The notes beneath the pieces are model-generated. The model saw nothing but the letters and a program-made list of their open reading frames with translations, did not search any database and had not been told where the DNA came from. Shown here piece by piece: positions 1 through 8,632 of a stretch of DNA of 64,000 bases. Within the stretch, counting starts at the first letter, position 1; every line of letters begins with the position of its first letter. The position numbers and the translations under genes are program-made. Source of the DNA: an uncultured Actinomycetes bacterium (GTDB lineage Bacteria; Actinomycetota; Thermoleophilia; UBA2241); assembly GCA_963755025.1 (NCBI GenBank), contig CAVWIH010000010.1, positions 1 through 64,000 on the forward strand. Direction: 5' to 3'.

Positions 1-1563
1 AGCCCTGCCGCCCATGCCGTCGTCGGTGCGCTCTGGCCCGACGAGGCCATCGACGCCATCCACACCGCCTCGCTCGACCTGCTCGAGCGCGCCGGCGTGC
101 GTGTCGAGTCGCCGGCGGCGCGCGAGCTGCTGCTGCGCGTCGGCTGCCGCGAGGGTGACCCCGGTCGCGTGCTCGTGCCGCGCGCCGTCGTCGCCGAAGC
201 CGTGGCCGCGCAGGGCTCCGCTTACGTGCTGAGCGCCCGCGGCGCCGGTCGCTCGCTCGCCATCGACCCCGAGCCGGGCGAGATCTTCGTGCACAACATG
301 GGGGGCGCCGCCGACGTCTCGGACGCCCTCACCGGCGTCGTGCGGCGGGCGACGCTCGCAGACCAGGGCGACTTCACCGGGTCATGCACCAGCTCGAAAA
401 CCAGCACGCCGTCTGTTCGCTGCTGCAGCCCCAGGACGTGCCCGACGAGCTCGAGCCGCTCTACTCGTACCTCATGGTGGCCTTCGAGACCGACAAGTAC
501 GTCGGCGGGCCCGGCATCTCGTTGTCCTTTCCAGGCGCGCTACCTGCACGAGATGGCGATCGCGCTGACCGGCGCGACCGGCGCCGACGGGCGCTACCCG
601 CTCGACCTGGCCTTCTCGCCGGTGAGCCCGCTGCTGCTCGGCGCCGACGTGACCGACGCGCTGTCGATACCGTGCGCCGCGGTCGGGTCGTGGTCGAGAT
701 CCTGCCCTGCCCGGCGGCGGCCACGACGGCGCCGGCCGCGATCGCCGCCGCCGTCGCCCAGCAGAACGCCGAGGTCCTCGCCGGCCTGGTCGTGGTCCAG
801 GCGGTCGCCCCCGGCACGCCGACCTACTACGGCCCGCGCCTCTCGGCGGTCGATCCGCGCACGGGCGTCTTTACGCTCGGGCACGCCCGAGACCGGCGTC
901 TCGTCGTGTGCGGCGGTGCTGCTGGCGCGCCGCTACGGCATGGCCTGCGACTGCTACGGACCGTCGAGCGACGCGCACGTGGCCGACGCCCAGTTCGGCG
1001 CCGAGCATGCCCTGAACGCCATGCTCGGCGTGCTCGCTCGGCCGCGCTTTCTGTCGGGCGTGGGCGACGTGGCGGCCGGCGCCTCGTCGAGCCTCGAGGC
1101 GCTGGTCATCGACGACGACATCCTGGGCGACGTCTTCTACGCGTTGAGCGCGCGCCCGTACGACGACCAGGCGCTCGACGTGGGGGCGATCGTCGACGCG
1201 GTGCTGGGCGACAAGGGCTTCCTGGCCAGCAGGCACACGCGGCGCTACCTGCGTAGCGAGCTCGTCGCGCCGCGCCTCAGGGGCCGCGCCCGCGCCGGGG
1301 CGTCGGGCGCCGACGGGGCGGCGAGCGCCGGCCAGCCCGGCTCGGCCGCCGCCGGCCTCGCCGGCCTCGCTCGCGAGCGCGTCGCCGAGCTGCTCGCGCG
1401 CGAGCCCGTGGGCTTGCCTGCCGATACAATGACGGCGATGTGCGCGCAGATCGACGAGTGCGCGCGCGGGCTCGGCCTTTCGGAGTGGCCCGACCCGCGC
1501 CGCCTGCTCGACGATCGCCGCGCGCGAGCGCAGCAGCTGAGGCCCGTCAGCCAAGACCGATAG
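1..1563 (+). CDS. Trimethylamine methyltransferase (MttB/MtgB superfamily), non-pyrrolysine; 5'-truncated by window, several frameshifts
   Basis: Frame 1 from base 1 reads ...DEAIDAIHTASLDLLERAGVRV (typical MttB N-terminus). ORFs 97..1563 and 384..1256 alternate to give RRATLAD, FSPVSPL, AGLVVVQAVAPGTPTYYG, GTPE, SDAHVADAQ and SLEALVIDDD, all MttB-family motifs. Confidence 0.85.
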   Translation, partial: SPAAHAVVGALWPDEAIDAIHTASLDLLERAGVRVESPAARELLLRVGCREGDPGRVLVPRAVVAEAVAAQGSAYVLSARGAGRSLAIDPEPGEIFVHNMGGAADVSDALTGVVRRATLADQGDFTGSCTSSKTSTPSVRCCSPRTCPTSSSRSTRTSWWPSRPTSTSAGPASRCPFQARYLHEMAIALTGATGADGRYPLDLAFSPVSPLLLGADVTDALSIPCAAVGSWSRSCPARRRPRRRRPRSPPPSPSRTPRSSPAWSWSRRSPPARRPTTARASRRSIRARASLRSGTPETGVSSCAAVLLARRYGMACDCYGPSSDAHVADAQFGAEHALNAMLGVLARPRFLSGVGDVAAGASSSLEALVIDDDILGDVFYALSARPYDDQALDVGAIVDAVLGDKGFLASRHTRRYLRSELVAPRLRGRARAGASGADGAASAGQPGSAAAGLAGLARERVAELLAREPVGLPADTMTAMCAQIDECARGLGLSEWPDPRRLLDDRRARAQQLRPVSQDR

Positions 1564-1634
1564 GGGCGACACGGGCGACCGGCCGCGCGGCCGCCGGTCC
1601 GCCCGAGAGCGCGCCCGCGAAAGGAGCCCGGCCG

Positions 1635-2768
1635 GTGGCGATCCCCTTCGTCTACGTGCGCGCGCAGGGCTCGTATCGCGAGATCGGTCGCTAGGTAGGC
1701 GAGGCCGCACGCCCGCAGATCGAGGCGTCGCTTGCCTTCTTCGCCGACAACTTCGCGGCGATGAGCGGCGGCCTGTCGTTCGAGGGCGCCGTCCGCGAGG
1801 CCGCCGCCTACCTGCCCTACGCGCGCCGCTGCACGCCCCATGCCCTCGAGGAGCTCGAGGGCATGGCCGAGGGCGCCGGCGTATCGTTCGCCGCGCTTCT
1901 CGTGCCCAACTGCGCCGAAGAGCTCACCGCCGCCGAGCCGGCTGTCGGGGCCGTGCCGCTGCCCGCCGCGACATGCGCCGGCGAGCCTGCCGCCGCGGCT
2001 CGGCGCCCCTTGACGCCCGGCTGCACCGCCGTCCCCGTGGCGAGCGGCGGGCGGCACATCGTGGGGCACAACATGGACTGGTACGTGGTCGACGCCCCCA
2101 ACAACGTGCTCTTCGACCTGACCCACCCCGACGGCACCAGGCTGCTGGCCTTCGCCGGCGCCGCCTACCTGCCGATGGTCGGCCTGAACTCGCACGGCGT
2201 GGGCAACGTGAGCAACTCGTTGCACTCGCTCGACAACCGCCGCGGTGTGGCCAACTGTTTCGTGCGGCGCTCGACCATGACGGCCGCTACGCTCGAAGAG
2301 GCGCGCGAGCGCGGCCTGCCGGCGGCCCGCGCCAGGGGCACCAACCAGGTGTTCGCCGACGCCGCCGGCCGGCTGTGGGACGTCGAGTCGTCGGCCACGG
2401 CGAGCGCCTTCGCCGACCACACCGCCCGCGGCTACCTGGCGCATACCAACCACTACGTGGCGCCCGAGATGGCGCCGTTCGAGGGCTCCGACCACGAGGA
2501 GTCGCGCACGCGGCTGCGCACCGCCGAGGCCCTGCTCGCCGAAGGGCTCGACCACGGCGCCGAGCCCGTGGCCCTGGTGGCCGACGTCCTGCGCTGCCAC
2601 GAACCGGAGCTCCAGGCGTGCATCTGCGGCCACCCGGAGCCCGCCGACCCGCTGGGCGAGCAGGGCATGACCGTCGGCAGCCTCATCTGCGACCTGGACG
2701 AGCGCCGGCTGTACGCCTGCGCCGGTCCGCCTTGCGAGAGCGCCTATCAAGTCTTTGACATGGACTGA
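1635..2768 (+). CDS. C45 family Ntn-hydrolase (acyl-CoA:6-APA acyltransferase-like) with in-frame TAG at 1692-1694
   Basis: AAGGAG at 1621 and GTG at 1635 lie in the same frame as ORF 1761..2768. Motifs GSYREIG, EELEGMAEGAG, G|CTA nucleophile, GHNMDW, GLNSHG and HTNHY. Confidence 0.8.
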
Positions 2769-2802
2769 ACACGACGACCCGGGACGAGACGAGGAGAACG
2801 CT

Positions 2803-3144
2803 GTGGACTATCAGTGGACGACGACTACCTTCGAGATGCCCGGCTGCCACGTGGTGCGCAACCTGGGCGTGGTGCGCGGCGTGACGGTGCGCTCTGCGCA
2901 CCTCGGCAGCCAGATCGCGGCCGGCTTTCGCTCGCTGGGCGGCGGCCGCATCGACGAGTACGTCGAGATGTGCGAACAGGCCCGCTCCGAGGCGTTCGCC
3001 ATTATGGTGGCCCACGCCGACCAGATGGGCGCCAACGCCATCCTCGCCGTGCGCTACGACGCTACCGAGCTCATGCAGAACATGACCGAGGTGATCGCCT
3101 ACGGCACCGCCGTCGTGGTCGAGGCCGACGCCCCGAGCGCCTGA
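2803..3144 (+). CDS. YbjQ/UPF0145 family protein
   Basis: GAGGAG RBS then GTG at 2803. Motifs LGVVRG..VRS, GGRIDEY, GANAILAVRYD and EVIAYGTAV. Confidence 0.9.
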   Translation: MDYQWTTTTFEMPGCHVVRNLGVVRGVTVRSAHLGSQIAAGFRSLGGGRIDEYVEMCEQARSEAFAIMVAHADQMGANAILAVRYDATELMQNMTEVIAYGTAVVVEADAPSA

Positions 3145-3357
3145 GCCGCCGGTGCGTCGCGACGCACGCGCCGCGCCGCCCACTGCGCCTCGGCGCGGGC
3201 GTCGCACCGTCGCGGCGCGCGGCTGCGGGGGGCGCACCGCTTGCGGCGCGCCGCCTTGGACAATCTGCACTGCACTCTCGCCTTGTGGTTGGACAGAAGG
3301 TAGAGTAAGGGCGCAGCATGTACGGCGACGGCACCCGTGCGGGAGGACGACGAACAG

Positions 3358-5019
3358 ATGATCACGGTTCAGGACATCCTCGAGATCCCCGGTCTCAATC
3401 TCAGGCTCTGCGCAGGAAAAAAGGCGATCAGCAACCCCGTACGCTGGGTGCACATCGCCGAGATGTCCGACCCCACGCGCTGGCTTAAGGGCGGCGAGCT
3501 GCTGCTCACCACGGGCCTCGCGCTGGTCGACCGCGAAGCTGAGCAGCTCGCCATGCTGCGCCGCCTGATCGACGCCAACCTCTCGGGCCTCGGTTTCGGC
3601 GTGGGCTTCGGCTTCAAATCGGTGCCCGACTCCATGATCGCGCTCGCCGAGGAGCACGACTTTCCGCTGTTCGAGGTGCCCTACAACATCCCGTTCATCG
3701 CCATCACCGAAGCCGTCGCCTCAAAGATCGTCAACGAGCAGTACTCGCTCCTGCAGCGCTCGCTGGCCGTGCACGAGAAGCTCACCAAGATCGTGCTCGA
3801 AGAAAAGGGCCTGCAGTTCATCATCTCGACGCTCTCGGCCCTGGTCGGCTGTTCGGCCGTGCTCTTCGACTTTCACGGGCTCGTGCTGTGCGAGGCGGCG
3901 CACCGGCGCCGCATCCCCGCCGAGCTGATCGCCGACCTCTGGAGGCAGATCTCCGACAAGCGCGCCTCGCGTCAGGACTTCGCCGCCGAGGCGCCGCACG
4001 GCGCCGGCGGCAGCGTGCAGGTCTACCCGGTCGTGGCCTCGCACCGCATCGGCGCCTTTCTCGCAGTCATCAAAGACGGCGGCGAGTTCTCCGACTACGA
4101 CCGCATCATCCTGCACCACGTGGTCACGGTCACGGCGCTCGAACTGGTCAAGAAGAAGGCGGTCGCCGAGACCGAAAAGCGCCTGGCCGGCGACTTCTTC
4201 GACGAGCTCATCGCGAGCGACCTCTACGAAGAAGAGATCGCCCGCCGTCTGGCCTTCTTCGGCCTCGAACCGGGCGCCGAACAGCTCATCATGCTGGTCG
4301 ACATCGACGGCTTCAAGGCCTTTGCCGACGGCGCCCGCGACAAAGAGCAGGCGGTGCAGGACGTCAAGGAGCGCCTGCATTGGGCGGTCGACGAGTTCCT
4401 CGCGCAACGCGACCTGCTGTTCATCTCGGCGTCGCACAGCGACGCGGTGATCGTGCTGGTCCAGCTCGGACAGCGCACGCCGCACGACATGCTGGCGCTG
4501 GCCGGCGAGTTGCAGGGCACGATCGGCGGCATGATCTCCGAGGTCACGGTCTCGGTCGGCATAGGCCGGCCCCACCGCCTGCTTGTCGACCTGCGTCAGA
4601 GCTACTACGAGGCGCTCTACGCCATCCAGATCCGCAAGCTCAAGGGCAGCACCAGTGTTATCGCGAGCTTCGACGACCTGGGCTCGTACGGCCTGCTGCT
4701 CGGCCTGCAGGACACCGTGTCGCTCGAGGTCTTCTACGACAGCGTGCTCGGCAAACTGCACGACTACGACGAGGCCAACGCCAGCGACCTCGTGAAGAGC
4801 CTGGCGTGCTTCTTAGAGGCCAACGGCCATTGGGGCGAGGCCGCCGAGCGCCTCTACGTGCACCGCCACACGCTGCGCTACCGCATGAAGCGCGTCGAAG
4901 ACATCACCGGGCGCGATCTGGGCAGCTCGCAGGACCGCATGGAGTTCTGGCTGGCCCTCAAGGCCCGCGAGCTCACGGCCCAGGCGAGCAAGCGCCCCCG
5001 CGTCGCGCGCCCCGTGTAA
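3358..5019 (+). CDS. PucR family transcriptional regulator
   Basis: N-terminal PucR ligand domain (VRWVHIAE..WLKGGELLLTTG), GGDEF-like middle, C-terminal HTH (AERLYVHRHTLRYRM). GGAGG RBS. Confidence 0.93.
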   Translation: MITVQDILEIPGLNLRLCAGKKAISNPVRWVHIAEMSDPTRWLKGGELLLTTGLALVDREAEQLAMLRRLIDANLSGLGFGVGFGFKSVPDSMIALAEEHDFPLFEVPYNIPFIAITEAVASKIVNEQYSLLQRSLAVHEKLTKIVLEEKGLQFIISTLSALVGCSAVLFDFHGLVLCEAAHRRRIPAELIADLWRQISDKRASRQDFAAEAPHGAGGSVQVYPVVASHRIGAFLAVIKDGGEFSDYDRIILHHVVTVTALELVKKKAVAETEKRLAGDFFDELIASDLYEEEIARRLAFFGLEPGAEQLIMLVDIDGFKAFADGARDKEQAVQDVKERLHWAVDEFLAQRDLLFISASHSDAVIVLVQLGQRTPHDMLALAGELQGTIGGMISEVTVSVGIGRPHRLLVDLRQSYYEALYAIQIRKLKGSTSVIASFDDLGSYGLLLGLQDTVSLEVFYDSVLGKLHDYDEANASDLVKSLACFLEANGHWGEAAERLYVHRHTLRYRMKRVEDITGRDLGSSQDRMEFWLALKARELTAQASKRPRVARPV

Positions 5020-5165
5020 AGCGCCGACGCCCAAGCAGCTCGCCGCCGAGGCCTTGAGCGCCGACGCCCGAGCAGCTCGCCGCCCAGGCCTTGAGCGCCG
5101 GCGCCCGAGCAGCTCGCCGCCGCCGGCTTTAGAGAGTCGACCGCCCGAGCAGCTCGCCGCCGTCG
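5020..5165. repeat. Degenerate 37-bp tandem repeat (about 4 units) echoing the 3' end of the SDR gene
   Basis: Units start at 5020, 5057 and 5094 (AGCGCCGACGCCCRAGCAGCTCGCCGCC...). A fourth copy lies inside the SDR stop region. No spacers. Confidence 0.85.
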
Positions 5166-5986
5166 ACCGGCAGGTTCACGCCGGTCAGGGCGTCGCAGGC
5201 GATCATAAAGCGCACCGCTCGCGCGATCTCGGCCGAGTCGACGAGGTGGCCGGTCGCCGACTTCGCCGCGGCCCTCATCGTGGCCTCACGGCGCGGGTCG
5301 TCGGGCAGGTCGATGGGTCCGGGAGCCACGCCGCACACCCGCACGCCGTCGGTCGCCCAGGCCTTGGCCAGCGACGCCACCAGCATGATCTGCGCCGCCT
5401 TGGCGGCGCCGTGCCCGGCGAAGGCGGCCGACGGCGTCGTGCCCAGCACGTCGGTCAGCGCCACGATCACGCCGCGGATGGGCGCGGCCGCGACGACCGA
5501 CGGCGCGACTGCGCCCCCGGCAGCGGCGGCCTCAGCCTCGGCGGGGGCAGCGGCCGCGGGCGTCGCCGCGCCCGACACACGCGCAGGACCGCCCACGAAC
5601 GCGTCGCGCGCCGCGCACGCGGTCACGAAGAAGCCGCGCACGATCACGTCGAACGATGCCTGCCAGGCGCTCAGGTCGGCGTGCTGGGGGAGAGCCGGGT
5701 CGAAGGGACCGCTCGCGGTGTAGACGAGCACGTCGAGGCCGCCGAGGGCTTCGCCGGCGGCGCTCACCAGGCGTGCGGCCTCGGTGGGCACGGCGGCGTC
5801 GCCCGACACGGTCACGGCGCGCCGCCCGAAGCCGCGGATGGCGGCGCAGGTCTGGGCGGCTTCGTCGGTCGCCGACCGGGTGCTCACCGCGACGTCGGCG
5901 CCGTGGGCGGCCAGGTCGAGCGCCACGACACGCCCTGTGCGGCGCGCGCCGCCGACCACCAGGCACCTGGCGCCTTCGAGTCTCAT
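5129..5986 (-). CDS. Short-chain dehydrogenase/reductase, pteridine reductase (FolM/PTR1)-like
   Basis: GGARRTG Rossmann motif, GGLDVLVYTAS, VRVCGVAPG and C-terminal TGVNLPVDGG. The catalytic YxxxK appears as HGAAK. Confidence 0.82.
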   Translation of the reverse strand: MRLEGARCLVVGGARRTGRVVALDLAAHGADVAVSTRSATDEAAQTCAAIRGFGRRAVTVSGDAAVPTEAARLVSAAGEALGGLDVLVYTASGPFDPALPQHADLSAWQASFDVIVRGFFVTACAARDAFVGGPARVSGAATPAAAAPAEAEAAAAGGAVAPSVVAAAPIRGVIVALTDVLGTTPSAAFAGHGAAKAAQIMLVASLAKAWATDGVRVCGVAPGPIDLPDDPRREATMRAAAKSATGHLVDSAEIARAVRFMIACDALTGVNLPVDGGELLGRSTL

Positions 5987-6160
5987 GCCGTCGCGCCGCG
6001 CGCGCGCGGCGTGTCGGCGAGCGCGCGCCTGTGCGCTTCGCTCGTGCCGTACCGCTCGCGCCTGGTGCTCACGCAACCCTCCGTCGTCGCTCCTCAGGTC
6101 CAGTATGATACACATACGGGGAACGGCCGCCTGTGGCGGCCGTAGCGACGCGGGGGAGAC

Positions 6161-6655
6161 ATGAAACGCGGACTCGACGCGCTCGACAAGGCGCTGATCG
6201 GCACGCTGTTCGGCAACGGGCGTCTGGCGGCCTCCGACATGGCCGCCCGCCTGGGCATCTCCACCCCGACCGTGCGCGGCCGCCTGCGCCAGCTCGTCGG
6301 GGCGGGTGTGCTGCGCATCGCGGCGCTGGTCGCCTCGTCCGAGACTCCCGAGCTCACCATCGCCATCGTGGGCCTCAGCCTCGACCGCTACAACCTCGAC
6401 GAGATGGTCGAGCGCGTGGCGGCGCTCGACGAGGTGAGCTGGGCGGCGGTGGTCACGGGACGCTACGACATCATCGCCGAAGTCGTCACCACCGACGGCA
6501 TGAACGGCCTCTACGAGTTCCTGAACGCCTCGTTACAGAAGCTCGGCGGCATACAATCGAGCGAGATGTTCGTCGTCATGAAGGCCAGCAACAAGTGGTT
6601 GCTGCTGCCGCCCGCCATGACCCAGGCGTGGACCAGGGCCAACGCCGACGACTGA
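6161..6655 (+). CDS. Lrp/AsnC family regulator (AldR-like by position)
   Basis: LDALDKALI..GR...ARLGISTPTVRGRL HTH and VTGRYDI. Directly upstream of ald. Confidence 0.9.
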   Translation: MKRGLDALDKALIGTLFGNGRLAASDMAARLGISTPTVRGRLRQLVGAGVLRIAALVASSETPELTIAIVGLSLDRYNLDEMVERVAALDEVSWAAVVTGRYDIIAEVVTTDGMNGLYEFLNASLQKLGGIQSSEMFVVMKASNKWLLLPPAMTQAWTRANADD

Positions 6656-6710
6656 AAGGCAGGGAGGCAAGACCGACGACCGCCGCCCACGCAGCCGCGA
6701 TCGCAGAGGC

Positions 6711-6793
6711 CTCACGGGTTTTTCACGAATCGGCAATCGCACGTTCACTTTCTTTCGACTATGGAAGAAGACGTTCGGTTTTTCTGCTAGACT
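6711..6793 (+). promoter_or_regulatory. ald promoter with phased T-tract elements (putative Lrp/AldR sites) and extended -10 TGCTAGACT
   Basis: CTCACGGGTTTTTC (6711), ACGTTCACTTTCTTTC (6741) and ACGTTCGGTTTTTC (6771) are spaced 30 bp apart. TG-C-TAGACT at 6785-6793. Confidence 0.5.
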
Positions 6794-6880
6794 GCCACCG
6801 TCCACGGTCATGACGCGCGCCGGCAACGCGCTTCGTACCGGGGACTGCTGGGTGAACTGCGGTCAACAAGGAGGACGACG

Positions 6881-8005
6881 ATGATCGTCGGCGTGCCGAA
6901 AGAGATCAAGAACGAGGAATACCGTGTCGCGATGACGCCGAACGGCGCCAAAGACTTCGTGCGCGCGGGTCACACCGTCGTGGTCGAGGCCGGCGCTGGC
7001 GTCGGTTCAGGCTTCAGCGACGCCGAGTACAAGGCCGCGGGCGCCGAGCTCGCTCCTGTCGACGACGTCTTCGCGCGCGCCGACATGATCTACAAGGTCA
7101 AGGAGCCCATCCAGGTCGAGTACAAGAAGTTCAAGCCTGGCCAGATCCTTTACACGTACCTCCACATGGCCGCCGCGTACGCTCGCGAGCTCACCGACGC
7201 CATGCTCGCCGCCGACATCAAGGGCATCGCCTTTGAGACCGTCGAGTACCCGAACGGCGCCCATCCGCTCCTCTTCCCGATGAGCGAAGTCGCCGGCAAG
7301 CTGGCCATCCAGGCCGGCGCCACCCACATGCAGAAGAACAACGGCGGCCGCGGCGTGCTCCTCGGCGGCGTCACCGGCGTACCGCAGGCCAAGGTCGTCA
7401 TCATCGGCGGCGGCACCGTCGGCGCTAACGCCGCCAAGGTCGCCGTCGGTATCGGCGCCCGCACGGTCGTCGTCGACAAGAGCGCTGAGCGTCTGACCTA
7501 CCTCGACGACGTCTTCGCCGGTCACATCGAGACCGTCCTCAGCACCGAAGCGGCCATCGAGGCCGAGATCGCCGACGCCGACCTCGTCGTCGGCGCCGTG
7601 CTGCTGCCGGGCGGCGCGCAGGCCCCGCATCTGATCAAGAAGAGCATGCTCAAGAACATGATGCCGGGTTCGGTCCTCGTCGACGTCGCCATCGACCAGG
7701 GCGGCTGCTTCGAGACCTCCAAGCCCACCACGCACACCGAGCCCACCTATGTGGTCGACGGCGTGATCCACTACTGCGTCGCCAACATGCCCGGCGCCGT
7801 GGCTCGCACCTCCACGATGGCCCTCGCCGGCGCGACGCTGCCGTTCGGCCTCGCGCTCGCCAACAAGGGCTTCGAGAAGGCCGTCGCCGAAGACGCAGCG
7901 CTGGCGCTTGGCGTCAACGTCTACCGTGGCAAGCTCACCATCCCGTCCGTCGCCGAGGCTCATGGCCTCACCTACACGCCGCTGGCCGACGCCCTCAAGG
8001 CGTAA
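6881..8005 (+). CDS. ald: Alanine dehydrogenase
   Basis: GVPKEIKNEEYRV, KVKEP, YLH, PMSEVAG, VDVAIDQGGCFET and YCVANMPGAV. AAGGAGG RBS. Confidence 0.97.
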   Translation: MIVGVPKEIKNEEYRVAMTPNGAKDFVRAGHTVVVEAGAGVGSGFSDAEYKAAGAELAPVDDVFARADMIYKVKEPIQVEYKKFKPGQILYTYLHMAAAYARELTDAMLAADIKGIAFETVEYPNGAHPLLFPMSEVAGKLAIQAGATHMQKNNGGRGVLLGGVTGVPQAKVVIIGGGTVGANAAKVAVGIGARTVVVDKSAERLTYLDDVFAGHIETVLSTEAAIEAEIADADLVVGAVLLPGGAQAPHLIKKSMLKNMMPGSVLVDVAIDQGGCFETSKPTTHTEPTYVVDGVIHYCVANMPGAVARTSTMALAGATLPFGLALANKGFEKAVAEDAALALGVNVYRGKLTIPSVAEAHGLTYTPLADALKA

Positions 8006-8032
8006 GCCAAACGCACACGACTGACCTTCACG

Positions 8033-8071
8033 CGAGGGGCCGGGCCGCAAGGCCCGGCCCCTCGTTTTTTT
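8033..8071 (+). terminator. Rho-independent terminator after ald
   Basis: CGAGGGGCCGGGCC-GCAA-GGCCCGGCCCCTCG followed by a T7 tract. Confidence 0.92.
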
Positions 8072-8215
8072 GCGCCGCGCGCCGTTCGGCGCCGGTGGTT
8101 CCCCAGAAGAAGCGAGGGGGACCACGGGCGCCGGGCGGCGCGCGGCTCGTTGGTGAGCAGTCGCTGGGTCTGTGGAGGGTGGGTCGGGGTGCGCCTGCGG
8201 CGAGCGCCGCGCGCC

Positions 8216-8536
8216 CTACTTTACGTAGCGGCGCAGGCGCTCCCAGGGAGCGGCGGCTTCGCGTGCGGCCTGCATGAGGACGGCGGCGCGGGAGACCGAG
8301 CGCTGCAGGTCTTCGAGGCGCTCGGTCAGCTCCATCCCCCTGTCGCCCAGCGCGGCCGCCTTTTGGGCGGCCTGGTCGGCCCGCTGGGCGAGGCCGTCGG
8401 CGATCGGCACGAGCTCGCCCTGCGCGCGGCGCGCCGAGCGGTACAGCCGGTAGCCGCGCACGGCGAGCGGTACGAGCGCGACCAGCGCGGCGACGACCAC
8501 GACGACGAGGATGATGAGCAAGACGGTGCCGTTCAT
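8216..8536 (-). CDS. Small membrane-anchored coiled-coil protein (hypothetical)
   Basis: N-terminal hydrophobic helix (VLLIILVVVVVAALVALV) then an amphipathic helical tail. GC3-biased frame. Confidence 0.7.
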   Translation of the reverse strand: MNGTVLLIILVVVVVAALVALVPLAVRGYRLYRSARRAQGELVPIADGLAQRADQAAQKAAALGDRGMELTERLEDLQRSVSRAAVLMQAAREAAAPWERLRRYVK

Positions 8537-8632
8537 ACGCCGACAGTCTACCCCCGGCGCGCCGTTTGCGTTAGCGAGAAGCGGGCGGCGGCCGTGTGTG
8601 AGCGGAGCCTGGGCGGCGCCGCCCCAGCCTGG

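Noticed and set aside
940-990. Pyrrolysine codon in the MttB homologue
   Set aside because: The equivalent codon is TCG (Ser); there is no TAG at that site.
5020-5165. CRISPR array
   Set aside because: The 37-bp units abut without unique spacers, derive from the SDR coding end, and no cas genes are present.
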